Shown here: positions 1 through 9,377 of the stretch, in pieces
How positions within the stretch are numbered: position 1 is the first letter of the stretch
Layout of the letters: each line of letters opens with the position of its first letter
Assembly: GCA_965203905.1 (NCBI GenBank)
Contig: CBDBDQ010000005.1
Span: 2,784,001-2,848,000 of the forward strand
DNA from: Spirochaetia bacterium
GTDB lineage: Bacteria; Spirochaetota; Spirochaetia; SZUA-6; Bin103
Direction of reading: 5' to 3'
DNA length: 64,000 nt
Position numbers and translations under genes: made by a program
Notes under the pieces: generated by a model
The model's input: the letters and a program-made list of their open reading frames with translations, nothing else
Database searches by the model: none
Told to the model about the DNA's origin: nothing

Positions 1-918
1 ATCGGGGCGATCGAGAACGCCCTGCTCGACGCCAAGGCCAAGCTGCTCGGGGTGCCGTGCTGCGAGCTGCTCGGCGGCCGGGTGCGCGACCGCATCCGGG
101 TGTACTGGTCGCATTGCGGTACCTGGCGCATCGCCCACCCCGGCATGCACGGTCCCGTGGTCTCCGGCCTGGACGATATCCGGGCGCTGGGAGCGGAGGT
201 GCGGGAGGCGGGCTTCAGCGCGCTCAAGACCAACATCTTCGACTACCGCGGGGAGCGGGTGACCGGCTGGGCGCCCGGATTCGGACGCCCGTTTCAGCCC
301 GACCAGAACGTGGAGCGGCACGTCATACGCCAGCTCCGCGCCCACCTGGAGGCGTTTCGCGACGGCGCCGGCCCGGACGTGGACATCCTGGTCGACCTCA
401 ACTACAACGCCAGGCCGGAAGGATACCTGCGTATCCTGCGGGCGCTGGCCGATCTGGACATCTTCTGGTTCGAGATCGATTCGCCGCACCCGGAGGCGCT
501 GGCGGACGTACGGCGCGGCAGCCCGCATGCGATCGCCTCGTGCGAGTCGATCATCACCCCTACCGCGTATCTGCCGTTCTTCCGGCGGCAGGCGATGGAC
601 GTGGCGATCATCGACGCGGTGTGGAACGGCGCTTGGCAGTCGCTGAAGATCGCGGCGCTCGCCGACGCCCACCAGGTGAACGTCGCGCCGCACAACTACT
701 ACGGCCACCTGGCGACGATGATCGGCGCCCACCTGAGCGCGGCGGTGACCAACCTGCGCATCATGGAGACCGACGTCGACCGCGGGCCGTGGGACGGCGA
801 GCTGTTCTCCACGGCGCCGGAGATCCGCGACGGGCACTTGCACCTGCCCGACACTCCCGGCTGGGGCACCGAGCCGGACGAGGCAGCGCTCGCCCGCCAC
901 CCGCCCAAGGACCATTGA
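1..918 (+). CDS. mandelate racemase/muconate lactonizing enzyme family protein (5'-truncated by window edge)
   Basis: Frame open from base 1 (IGAIENALLDAKAKLLGVP). KxN motif ALKTN, metal ligands in DLN / FEID / CES, and APHN..GH motif typical of the MR/MLE enolase subgroup. Confidence 0.9.
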   Translation: MGAIENALLDAKAKLLGVPCCELLGGRVRDRIRVYWSHCGTWRIAHPGMHGPVVSGLDDIRALGAEVREAGFSALKTNIFDYRGERVTGWAPGFGRPFQPDQNVERHVIRQLRAHLEAFRDGAGPDVDILVDLNYNARPEGYLRILRALADLDIFWFEIDSPHPEALADVRRGSPHAIASCESIITPTAYLPFFRRQAMDVAIIDAVWNGAWQSLKIAALADAHQVNVAPHNYYGHLATMIGAHLSAAVTNLRIMETDVDRGPWDGELFSTAPEIRDGHLHLPDTPGWGTEPDEAALARHPPKDH

Positions 919-941
919 CGCCATCCGCGGCGGGCGCAGGA

Positions 942-1949
942 ATGAGCGGCCTGGAGATCTGTCTGCCGGCGCCGAACAGGGTGGAGCTGCGCGGCTACCA
1001 GGACCCGCCGCTCGGCAGCGGGGAGGTGCGCGGGCGTACAGTGGCCTCGATCGACAGTCCCGGCACGGTGCTGGCGGTCTGGGACGGTGCCGTGCCGGAG
1101 GCGTTTCCTGCGCATCCGGGACACGCTGCCGTGTTCGAGGTGGATGAGGTGGGCTCCGAGGTGACCGGAATCGCCGCCGGCGACCGGCTGTTCTGCCAGG
1201 GCGCCAACCGCTCCACGCAGCGGTACGACCCGCACCTGACCGTTCCGGTGCCCGCCGGCCTCGATCCGGTCACCGCGGTGCTGGCGCGGTTGATGGGGGT
1301 GTCGATGACCACCCTGATGACCACCGCCGCCCGGCCCGGCGACCTGGTCGCCGTCACCGGACTGGGGCCGGTCGGCTACCTGGCGGCGCACCTGTTCCGC
1401 CTTGCCAACTACGAGGTGATCGCCGTCGACCCGGATGCGCGGCGGCGCCGGTGGGCGGCTGTGTCCGGCATCGCGCGCGTGTACGAGCGGCTGCCGCACG
1501 ACGACCCGCACGTCGCAGAACGGGTCGACCTGGTGGTCGAGTGCTCCGGCAACGAGGGGGCGGTGGCGGATGCCTGCAAGGTGCTGGCGACGGGGGCCGA
1601 GGTGGTGCTGGTCGGGACGCCGTGGGTGCGCAAGACCGAGGTCTACGCCCAGGAGATCCTCAGGGCGGTGTTCTTCCGCATGGCGACGTTGCGCAGCGGC
1701 TGGGAATACGAGATCCCCCTGCGGCGGCTGCCGTTCACCAACCGTGGCCACGACCGTGACTACGGCAATGCCCGCCACACCATCCTCTCCGGTTACCGCA
1801 AGGCGCTCGCCTGGCTTGCGGCCGGCCGGATCCCGCTGGACGGCATGGTGCGCACGGTCTCGCCGCGCGACGCCGCCGCCGTCTACCCCGGCCTGCAGCG
1901 CCGAGAGTACGAAGAGCTGTTCCTGGTCTGGGACTGGACCTCGCGGTAA
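942..1949 (+). CDS. zinc-binding (MDR) alcohol/sugar dehydrogenase-like protein
   Basis: ATG at 942 after GCAGGA. SPGT motif, Rossmann GLGPVG, VVECSG; C-terminal part of ORF 57..1949. Confidence 0.85.
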   Translation: MSGLEICLPAPNRVELRGYQDPPLGSGEVRGRTVASIDSPGTVLAVWDGAVPEAFPAHPGHAAVFEVDEVGSEVTGIAAGDRLFCQGANRSTQRYDPHLTVPVPAGLDPVTAVLARLMGVSMTTLMTTAARPGDLVAVTGLGPVGYLAAHLFRLANYEVIAVDPDARRRRWAAVSGIARVYERLPHDDPHVAERVDLVVECSGNEGAVADACKVLATGAEVVLVGTPWVRKTEVYAQEILRAVFFRMATLRSGWEYEIPLRRLPFTNRGHDRDYGNARHTILSGYRKALAWLAAGRIPLDGMVRTVSPRDAAAVYPGLQRREYEELFLVWDWTSR

Positions 1950-1968
1950 GCGGGGGTAGCCTACGCGG

Positions 1969-3408
1969 TCAGGCGGGCAATCCGGGGTCTCCCAGGAGCG
2001 CGCACGTTTCCTCGCCCAGGTCCAGGGCATGTCCGAACGGTGCGGCCAGGGCGCTCCGGGTGGATAGCGAGCCGGCGGCGATCCGTAGCGCGGCGTAGCC
2101 TTGCGGGCGCATGGCGTAGAGGTCCGGGTGGGCGGCGCATACCCGCGCCTGCAGCGACCGGGGGAACATGCCGAGTCCGGCGAAGTAGTGGTGGCCGTTG
2201 CGCTCCACGTCGCCGATGCCCAGCACCGCCATCGCCGCCAGGTCGTTGAGCAGGGCGACCGGGCCGACGTTGGCGAGATCCTCGCCGCTCATGAGCCACG
2301 GTCCCGCCTGCGGCCGGTTGCGCCGGTACCACTCGATGAGACAGCGGTTCGCCAGTCCCTTGATCACGCCCTTGCAGTTCTTGTGGCTGCTGCCCCGATA
2401 GCCCAGCTCCAGCGCCCGGCGCAGCGAATCCAGCTCGCCGTCCGACTCGTCGATGATCATCGGCGGCGCTTCCGGCCAGGACGCGAGCGCCTGCCCGACC
2501 GCGTCGGTCAGAGCGGCCCCCCGGTGCAGCGGCTGCTCCACGTACCGCAGGCGCCGCTCGAACAGCGCCCGCAGCGCCGGATCGGCGCGGTACGCCTCCC
2601 AGTGCTCGCGGAAGGCGGCCACGTCGCCATACTGCTCGTTGCCGTCGAGCGTGAAGCGATATCGGGGAGAGGACGCTTCCAGCACCTCGGCTACCGCCCG
2701 CAGCCGGGGAACGTCGCTCTCCAGGTTGCCGGACACTTTTATCTTGAATCGGGTCAGCCCGTACTCCCGAGCGGCGTCGGCGAGGGCGTGCGGGAGTCCG
2801 TCGGCGACGCGCTCCTCCGCGGGTACCTGGTGCGCGAGCAGGGGATCTCCCAGACCGACGGTGTGCCGGGCGACGACCGCGCGATGCGGCTGCGGCAGCC
2901 AGTCGGCCGGCAGGCTCCCCTGCAACTCCGGGTGGATCTCCCCCAGCTCGACCCCGAGGAGATTGTCGTGCACCGCCTGCGCGAACGTGGTCCCGCCGCC
3001 GCGGCAGAAGGCGTCGAGCGCCGCCCGTTCCACCAGGCTGGTCCCGAGGTGGGCCAGGAGCGGGGGAATCTGCTGACGGCAGGCCCAATCGGCCTGCTCC
3101 GCGTGCAGCCGGCGCCAGAGGGCGAACACCGAGTCGGGGGCGCGCCCGATGGCCAGCTCGGCGGCATGCCGGATAACGCGCACCATGACCGGGAGGTCTT
3201 CCTCGAAACGCGTGTGCGGGTCCTTGGTGAACCACTTCGGCGGCAATCCCTCGGACGCGAGACCGGCGCAGGCTGCGCCGTCGACCGATCCATGGAGCAG
3301 AACGAATACGTGTGGCAGCTCGGTCATGGACGCGATCCCGTAGCGGAACGGAAAGCGGGTGCGCATCCACCGGGTGCGAAAGGAAATCGAATCGATTCTG
3401 AACGACAT
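1969..3408 (-). CDS. enolase-superfamily protein (uncharacterised subgroup)
   Basis: RFPFRYG N-terminus, FKIKVSG, LDGNEQY, VEQP, IIDESD, SGEDL motifs of the enolase TIM barrel. Confidence 0.75.
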   Translation of the reverse strand: MSFRIDSISFRTRWMRTRFPFRYGIASMTELPHVFVLLHGSVDGAACAGLASEGLPPKWFTKDPHTRFEEDLPVMVRVIRHAAELAIGRAPDSVFALWRRLHAEQADWACRQQIPPLLAHLGTSLVERAALDAFCRGGGTTFAQAVHDNLLGVELGEIHPELQGSLPADWLPQPHRAVVARHTVGLGDPLLAHQVPAEERVADGLPHALADAAREYGLTRFKIKVSGNLESDVPRLRAVAEVLEASSPRYRFTLDGNEQYGDVAAFREHWEAYRADPALRALFERRLRYVEQPLHRGAALTDAVGQALASWPEAPPMIIDESDGELDSLRRALELGYRGSSHKNCKGVIKGLANRCLIEWYRRNRPQAGPWLMSGEDLANVGPVALLNDLAAMAVLGIGDVERNGHHYFAGLGMFPRSLQARVCAAHPDLYAMRPQGYAALRIAAGSLSTRSALAAPFGHALDLGEETCALLGDPGLPA

Positions 3409-3445
3409 CGCCGGACGTCCGGGAGCGCGCTTCGCGGTGGCCGTA

Positions 3446-4315
3446 TCAGCGGCCGGAATAGCCGGCGTACAGGGCCTCGATCTCGTCCGTGGTCGGTTCC
3501 CGGTCGAGGATGGCGAAGCCGTAGCGCAGGTGCAGCGGCCGCTCCCGGTCCACCTCCAGGTCGCCGGCCATCAGCAGGCCCGCACCGAGCAGGTTCACGC
3601 GGGTGAACCAGGTCACCGGGTGGCGCGGATTGTGCGGGTGGTCGAGCATCACCACGGCGCCGCCGCCGGCCCCCGCCGCGCTCACCCAGCGCGCGCGCTG
3701 CCCCATGATGTTCTCGTGGCCGAGGAGCCCTTCACTGCTGCGGTGCCGGGCGGGGGCGAACGGCGGCCCCATGCGCAACTCCAGGCCGCTGTAGCGCGCC
3801 GCCCTGGACGCCCCCAGGACCAGCTTTTCGTCCACCGGTGCGATGCGGGTGTCGATGGTCCACAGGTACCCCGCCTCGTTCTCCAGCACGCCGAAGGCAT
3901 ACTCCCGCCGCTCTCTGGCGATGGGCCGGTCGCCGCCGTCCAGCCACTCCAGTTCCTCGGCGACCGAGACGCCACCTCCGTCAACCTTCTGGTCGGCGAA
4001 GCGTACGTGGCGCTGGACGCCGTGGCTGTGCGCCACGTATTCATACTTGCCCTGCTCCGTGTCGTACCAGGGACCGCCCCACAGGTTGGCGTCGTTGGCG
4101 TGGACCCAGCCGAAGTAGAGCCCGGTGTGCCAGAGGTGATCCGCCGGCCGGTACTCCGTGATCAGCACCCCCGAGCGGGTGTGGATCGGGGCGAAACACG
4201 GCTTGGGCGACTCGCTTCGCGCCAGCTCCTCCCGCGCCCGGTACAACGCCACCAGGCGTTCGCCGTGGTGCAACTCGAAACCGAGACAGTTCTCTCGCAA
4301 TCTCAGATCAGGCAT
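3446..4315 (-). CDS. PmoA-family / DUF6807-like protein
   Basis: KPCFAPIHT, DHLWHTGLYF, YSGL, DHPHNPRHP..WF motifs. Start chosen at ATG 4315 (MPDLRL). Confidence 0.7.
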   Translation of the reverse strand: MPDLRLRENCLGFELHHGERLVALYRAREELARSESPKPCFAPIHTRSGVLITEYRPADHLWHTGLYFGWVHANDANLWGGPWYDTEQGKYEYVAHSHGVQRHVRFADQKVDGGGVSVAEELEWLDGGDRPIARERREYAFGVLENEAGYLWTIDTRIAPVDEKLVLGASRAARYSGLELRMGPPFAPARHRSSEGLLGHENIMGQRARWVSAAGAGGGAVVMLDHPHNPRHPVTWFTRVNLLGAGLLMAGDLEVDRERPLHLRYGFAILDREPTTDEIEALYAGYSGR

Positions 4316-4467
4316 GGCTCTCCAGAGCAGCGCGGCAGGCGCTGTAGCGTACGCGCCGACTGTAGCCGATTTGGCGCCTGCCGGACATCTGCACCCTGGG
4401 ACGGGACATGCTCTCCGCGGGCGGCCGCCGCGGCCGGACCGGTCCGACATCTGATACGATATCCGCC

Positions 4468-5112
4468 ATGAGCAGCTCGTCCGATACTCCCATCAGCACC
4501 GCCGTGGTAACCGGCGGCCACTTCTACGAGGTGGTGGATTTTCACCGGCTGTTTCGCGCGCTCGACGGCGTCGATGCGTACATCCAGCACCTGGACGACT
4601 TCGTGCAGTCGCCGGCGTCGATGCGTGACGGCTACGAGGTGGTGCTGTTCTTCACCATGCTGCTGGAAGGCCCGCAAGGCGAGCACCTGGAGGCACTCGA
4701 ACGGGTCCGCACGGCGCGCCAGGGCGTGGTGGTGCTGCATCACTCGATTCTGGCGTTTCCCTATTCCCCGTTCTGGCGCCGCTGGACCGATCTGCACAAC
4801 CTCAGCCACTCCGTCGATCCCCCCGAACCGATCACGACCGAGATTGCCGACCGGGGCCATCCGATCACCTCCGGACTCGCGGACTGGGAGATGGTCGACG
4901 AGGTCTACCGGATGGGCGGGCCAAGCGCCGACAGCCACATCCTGCTGGCTGCCCGCCATCCCCACAGCATGCGCGCGCTGGCGTGGGCGCGCGAGGTCGA
5001 CGGTCAGCGGGTGGTGTGCTATCAGGCGGGCCACGATCATCAGGCCTGGAACCACCCAGGCTACCGCACCATGCTTGAGCGTTCGATCCGGTGGTGCGCC
5101 GGCCGCATATGA
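4468..5112 (+). CDS. ThuA-like (class I glutamine amidotransferase fold) protein
   Basis: VTGGH, VVLHH, HPITSGL, DEVY, QAGHD motifs. Confidence 0.8.
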   Translation: MSSSSDTPISTAVVTGGHFYEVVDFHRLFRALDGVDAYIQHLDDFVQSPASMRDGYEVVLFFTMLLEGPQGEHLEALERVRTARQGVVVLHHSILAFPYSPFWRRWTDLHNLSHSVDPPEPITTEIADRGHPITSGLADWEMVDEVYRMGGPSADSHILLAARHPHSMRALAWAREVDGQRVVCYQAGHDHQAWNHPGYRTMLERSIRWCAGRI

Positions 5113-6614
5113 GTGCCATGGATCGCCCCAACATCCTTCTGATACTCGCCGACGATCTGGGCTACGGCGATATCGCGTGCTACAACGCCGAGTCGAAAGT
5201 GCCGACACCTAACATCGACCGGCTCGCGGCGGAGGGCATGAGCTTCACCGACGCCCACAGTCCCGCCACCGTGTGCACCCCCAGCCGCTACAGCATCCTG
5301 ACCGGCCGCATGGAGTTCAGGACCGGGGTTCCCGGCGTGTTCACCGGTGCCGGCGGTCCCTGCCTGATCGAAGAGTCGCGCCCGACGCTTCCCGGAATGC
5401 TGCGCGAGCTGGGCTACTCCACCGCGCTGTATGGGAAGTGGCACGTCGGTCTGAGCTTCCTGGACCGCGACGGCCGCCCGATCAACGAAAACGGCTTCGA
5501 GCCGGTGGAGCGCATCGACTACACGCGTGCGATTCCGGATGCGCCGATCCACCGCGGGTTCGACCACTTCTACGGCACCGCCTGCTGCCCCACCACCGAC
5601 TTCCTGTATGCGTTCATCGACGGCGACCGGATCCCGGTGCCGCCGACCCGGCTGCACGACCGGGCCGGCTTCCCGGACCATCCCTACGCCAAGGACAACC
5701 GCATCGGCTGGCTGGCCCCGGGCTTCGACTTCGCCGAGATGGACATGGTGTTCCTGGAGCGCAGCGTCCAGTTTCTGGAGCGGCACGCGGCGGAGTCCCC
5801 GGACCGGCCCTTCTTCCTGTTTCATTCCACCCAGGGCGTGCACCTGCCTTCGCTGCCCGGCAAGGCGTTCCAGGGCCGGACCGGCGCCGGCCCGCACGGC
5901 GACTTCATCTTCGAGTTCGACCACGTGGTCGGCGAGCTGCTCGCCACACTCGACCGGCTGGGGCTGGCCGAGAACACGCTGGTGATGGTGACCAGCGACA
6001 ACGGACCGGAAGTCACCAGCGTCGTGAACATGCGCCGGGACCACGATCACGACGGGGCGCGGCCGTGGCGCGGCATGAAGCGTGACCAGTGGGAGGGAGG
6101 GCACCGCGTGCCGTTCGTGGTGCGCTGGCCGCGCCGGATCGAGGCGGGGAGCAGCAGTGACCAGACGGTCTGCCTGTGCGACCTGATGGCGACCTGTGCG
6201 GCGATCACCGGGGTCGATCTGCCCGACGCCTCCGCCGAGGACAGCTACGACATCCTGCCGGCCATGCTCGGCGAGACCCCGGCAGGCGAGGCGGTGCGCG
6301 CGCATACCCTGCACCAGAGTTTCCTGAGCAACACCGGCAGCGGCGACGGGCCCAGCCTCTACCTGTCGATCCGGCGCGGCAAGTGGAAGTACCTGGACCA
6401 CCGTGGATCAGGCGGCAACGACTACACGAGGGCGGAACTCAGGCCGTATGTCCTGCCCGAGAAAGCGCCCGACGCCCCCGGCCAGCTCTACGACCTGGAG
6501 ACCGACCCGGGCGAGACCACCAATCTCTACTTCGAGCATCCCCAGGTCGTCAGAGAACTGAAAGCCGTCCTGGACCGGTTCGTCGAATCGGGACGCAGCG
6601 CGCCCCTGCGCTGA
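5109..6614 (+). CDS. arylsulfatase (Cys-type formylglycine sulfatase)
   Basis: PNILLILADDLGYGD, CTPSRYSILTG, GKWHVG, SDNG, EGGHRVP, QLYDL..DPGE. Confidence 0.95.
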   Translation: MSAMDRPNILLILADDLGYGDIACYNAESKVPTPNIDRLAAEGMSFTDAHSPATVCTPSRYSILTGRMEFRTGVPGVFTGAGGPCLIEESRPTLPGMLRELGYSTALYGKWHVGLSFLDRDGRPINENGFEPVERIDYTRAIPDAPIHRGFDHFYGTACCPTTDFLYAFIDGDRIPVPPTRLHDRAGFPDHPYAKDNRIGWLAPGFDFAEMDMVFLERSVQFLERHAAESPDRPFFLFHSTQGVHLPSLPGKAFQGRTGAGPHGDFIFEFDHVVGELLATLDRLGLAENTLVMVTSDNGPEVTSVVNMRRDHDHDGARPWRGMKRDQWEGGHRVPFVVRWPRRIEAGSSSDQTVCLCDLMATCAAITGVDLPDASAEDSYDILPAMLGETPAGEAVRAHTLHQSFLSNTGSGDGPSLYLSIRRGKWKYLDHRGSGGNDYTRAELRPYVLPEKAPDAPGQLYDLETDPGETTNLYFEHPQVVRELKAVLDRFVESGRSAPLR

Positions 6615-6643
6615 GATGACCGCGGGAGTCAGGTCGCGGTCGG

Positions 6644-7402
6644 TCAGTCGCGGAAGGGACGCTCGGCGAGGGTGAAGTTGCCGTAGCGATCCTCGCCGCC
6701 CACCAGGATCGGACGCCACTCGGCGCCCAGCGAGTTTTCGGTGGACTGGCGCACGTTGGGCCGCACGAAGCGCACCGTCATCCCACAGCGACGGCGCTGG
6801 GAGCGGTTGGGCTGGCTTGCATGGTACAGGTGCCCGTCGTGGATCGAGATCTGGCCGGCACGCAGCTCCAGGTCGACGGCCGACGAACTGTCGACCAGCT
6901 CGTCGGGGATCTCCTGGTTGATGCTGAGTTGGTTGCCGGCCCGTTGCGAGGTGCCGTGGGTGACGATGCCGTGGCGGTGCGAACCGGGGATGGCACGCAT
7001 GCAGCCGTTCTCGATGTCGCTGTCGTCTACGGCGATCCACGCTGTGTGCGCATCGGGCGGTTCGATCCCCCAGTAGGTGACGTCCTGGTGCCAGGCGACG
7101 AACGCCTTTGCGTCCGGGCTGCCGTACTTGACGAAGAAGTCGGTCGCGAGCAGCAGCAGGTCCGGTCCCATCAGTTCCTGCATCAGGCTGATCAGGGTCG
7201 GATGCGACGCCATGCGCCAGACGAATTCCAGGTCGAAATGGCGCTGGCGGTTGCGCTCCTGCGGGCGATCGACGCCCTCGGTCTGGTCCAGGCGGTCGAA
7301 CTCGCGCCGGTAGCCGGCAATCTCGTCGTCGCTGAACAGGTCGACCGGGAACAGGACGCCGTCCTGCTGATATTGTTGAACACGGTTGGTAGCTACAGCC
7401 AT
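6644..7402 (-). CDS. phytanoyl-CoA dioxygenase (PhyH) family Fe(II)/2OG oxygenase
   Basis: WHQD, NGCMRAIPGSH, HAS.PN.S..RR motifs. Confidence 0.9.
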   Translation of the reverse strand: MAVATNRVQQYQQDGVLFPVDLFSDDEIAGYRREFDRLDQTEGVDRPQERNRQRHFDLEFVWRMASHPTLISLMQELMGPDLLLLATDFFVKYGSPDAKAFVAWHQDVTYWGIEPPDAHTAWIAVDDSDIENGCMRAIPGSHRHGIVTHGTSQRAGNQLSINQEIPDELVDSSSAVDLELRAGQISIHDGHLYHASQPNRSQRRRCGMTVRFVRPNVRQSTENSLGAEWRPILVGGEDRYGNFTLAERPFRD

Positions 7403-7484
7403 GTTTCCACCTCCGGGACGCGGTGACCATGATACTGGAGCGGTGGGCAGGGGACAACAGGCAGGCCAGGCCGATGGCTGGGCT

Positions 7485-7511
7485 GACGGCTTGCCGTCGA
7501 AGCATTATGCT
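7485..7511. promoter_or_regulatory. putative TA autoregulatory operator (two short palindromes)
   Basis: GACGGC-TT-GCCGTC and AGCAT-T-ATGCT directly upstream of an RHH antitoxin gene. Confidence 0.35.
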
Positions 7512-7518
7512 GTCAACC

Positions 7519-7740
7519 GTGAGCAAAGCGACGCTCTACCTGGACGACGATCTCCATCGTGCCCTTCGCCTGAAGGCGGCCGAGACGCGCGAGTCGATGT
7601 CGGAGTTGGTGAACGACGCGCTCCGCGTGCTTCTGGCGGAGGACCTGGAGGATATCTCCGATTGGCAGCAGCGCCGGTCGGTGCGCGCCGTGACGTATGA
7701 GGAGTTCCTGAAGCAGCTTGCAGCCGACGGCACGATATGA
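7519..7740 (+). CDS. CopG/ribbon-helix-helix antitoxin
   Basis: SKATLYLDDDLHRALRLKAAE..SMSELVNDAL; acidic C-terminus; overlaps a RelE-family gene. Confidence 0.85.
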   Translation: MSKATLYLDDDLHRALRLKAAETRESMSELVNDALRVLLAEDLEDISDWQQRRSVRAVTYEEFLKQLAADGTI

Positions 7741-7987
7741 GATCCGCTTCCTGCCGTCGGTGCGCAAGGACCTGCGCGGCATCCCGCGCCCGGCCGTCCG
7801 CCGCATCCTGGCGGCAATCGACCAGCTTGCCGAGCATCCGCGGCCGCCTGGGAGCAAGAAGCTGAGCAGCCTTGACCTGTATCGGATCCGGGTGGGCGTC
7901 TACCGGATCGTATACGAGATTCACGACCGCGAACTCATCATCGCCGTGGTGAAGGTCGGCCAACGCCGTAAGGCAGTATGCGGGTAG
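7718..7987 (+). CDS. relE: RelE/ParE family toxin
   Basis: YEIRFLPSVRKDL..., PRPPGSKKL, YRIRVGVYRIVYEI, VVKVGQRR. Start codon uncertain (TTG 7718 or ACG 7727). Confidence 0.88.
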   Translation: MQPTARYEIRFLPSVRKDLRGIPRPAVRRILAAIDQLAEHPRPPGSKKLSSLDLYRIRVGVYRIVYEIHDRELIIAVVKVGQRRKAVCG

Positions 7988-9075
7988 CTGTCATCGGTGC
8001 CGGAATCGTCGGAGGAGCGATTGCGTTCCACCTCGCGCGGCGCGGGGGTGTGCAGGTGACGCTGATCGACGCGGACCAACCGGGCATGGGCGCCACCAAC
8101 CACTCGTTCGCCTGGATCAACAGCTTCGGCAAGGAGCCCCGCTCGTACGGCGCGCTGAACCGGCGCTCGCTCGACACCTGGGACCGTTTCGCGCGGCTGC
8201 TCGACGCCGACATCGGCCTGCGCTGGGGCGGTCAGCTCACCTGGACCGCAAGCGACGAGGATGCCGAGGCGCTGGCCCGGAACGTGGCGCGGTTACAGTC
8301 TTGGGGTTACGTCGCAAGGATGGTGGACGAAGCCGAGATACTGCGCCTGGAACCGGGTCTCAGACCCGGAACCGTGAAGGCAGCCGCGCACAGCGAAAAC
8401 GACGGACACGTGCAGGGCACGCGCGTTGCGCAGACCTGCGCCAGCCGCGTGCGCCAGATGGGCGGTCACATCATGTACGGGAGTCCGGTCACCGGCCTGG
8501 TCATGCACGCCGGGCGGGTGACCACGGTTCAGCTTGCCGGCGGCGCGATAACGTGCGACGCCGTCATACTGGCGGCAGGTGTGGCCACGACCAGGTTGGC
8601 GGAGATGGCCGGCGTGTACGTCCCGCAGGAGGAGAGCCCCGGCGTGGTCGTCCGCACCGAGCCCCTGCCGCCGGTACTGCGGAGCGTTGCCGCGCTGTAT
8701 GCTCCACCGCCTGGCAGAGGAGGCCAACCCGTCCACCTTCGGCAGAGCAGCGACGGTGTCGTGCTCCTGGGAGAGGGCAGCCAGGAGTCTCTGGCGCGCG
8801 ACGACTCGCCCGAACACGCTGCCGAGATACTGGCGCGGGCGTCCGTGTACCTGCCCGCGCTCAGGTCTGCCACGCCCATACCGGTGCCGGTCGGATACCG
8901 GCCCATGCCGGTCGACGGCCTGCCGGTGCTCGGTTTCACCCGGGCCGTCCCCAACCTGTACGTCGCGCTGATGCACAGCGGCGTCACCCTGGCTCCCCTG
9001 GTGGGCGAGCTCGCAACGCTGGAGATCCTCGATGGAGCGCGCGTCGACATCCTGGCCCCCTACCGGCCCGAGTGA
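7978..9075 (+). CDS. FAD-dependent oxidoreductase (DAO/glycine oxidase family)
   Basis: VIGAGIVG Rossmann motif, GAT..SFAWIN, GYRPMPVDGLPVLG, HSGVTLAP. Confidence 0.92.
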   Translation: MRVAVIGAGIVGGAIAFHLARRGGVQVTLIDADQPGMGATNHSFAWINSFGKEPRSYGALNRRSLDTWDRFARLLDADIGLRWGGQLTWTASDEDAEALARNVARLQSWGYVARMVDEAEILRLEPGLRPGTVKAAAHSENDGHVQGTRVAQTCASRVRQMGGHIMYGSPVTGLVMHAGRVTTVQLAGGAITCDAVILAAGVATTRLAEMAGVYVPQEESPGVVVRTEPLPPVLRSVAALYAPPPGRGGQPVHLRQSSDGVVLLGEGSQESLARDDSPEHAAEILARASVYLPALRSATPIPVPVGYRPMPVDGLPVLGFTRAVPNLYVALMHSGVTLAPLVGELATLEILDGARVDILAPYRPE

Positions 9076-9212
9076 TTCGACCGCGCGGCCCGTCAAACGG
9101 CAGTCAGGAGCTCATCCACCGGCAGATAGTACCTCAATCAACCTCCGATCTGTTGATGGTGCCATCAGCCACTTCAGTCACCCAGGCAGCCCTACGAGCA
9201 CCCCCGAATCGT

Positions 9213-9232
9213 TGTCAACCTTATTGTTGACA
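9213..9232. promoter_or_regulatory. palindromic operator overlapping a TTGACA -35 element
   Basis: TGTCAAC-CTTATT-GTTGACA. Related TCAAC..GTTGA at 9138-9156 and GTTGAC at 9241, in an AT-richer intergenic patch. Confidence 0.45.
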
Positions 9233-9377
9233 TCGGTTTAGTTGACTTTGGTAGTCGCTCCGTAGGTCGCTCCCGGGTAGTTGTCGCCCGCGCGCGATTG
9301 GCGGAGGATTGTCGCGTACGACGGGTGCGGCCACGAAGCACCGGCCCAGGACCGCACGCACCGACGGAGAGTGACTC

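Noticed and set aside
57-941. N-terminal extensions of ORFs 57..1949 (also 24773..27007, 29073..32918, 50300..52531)
   Set aside because: Arg/Pro/Gly-rich out-of-frame overlaps with upstream genes; real starts placed at internal ATG/GTG codons.
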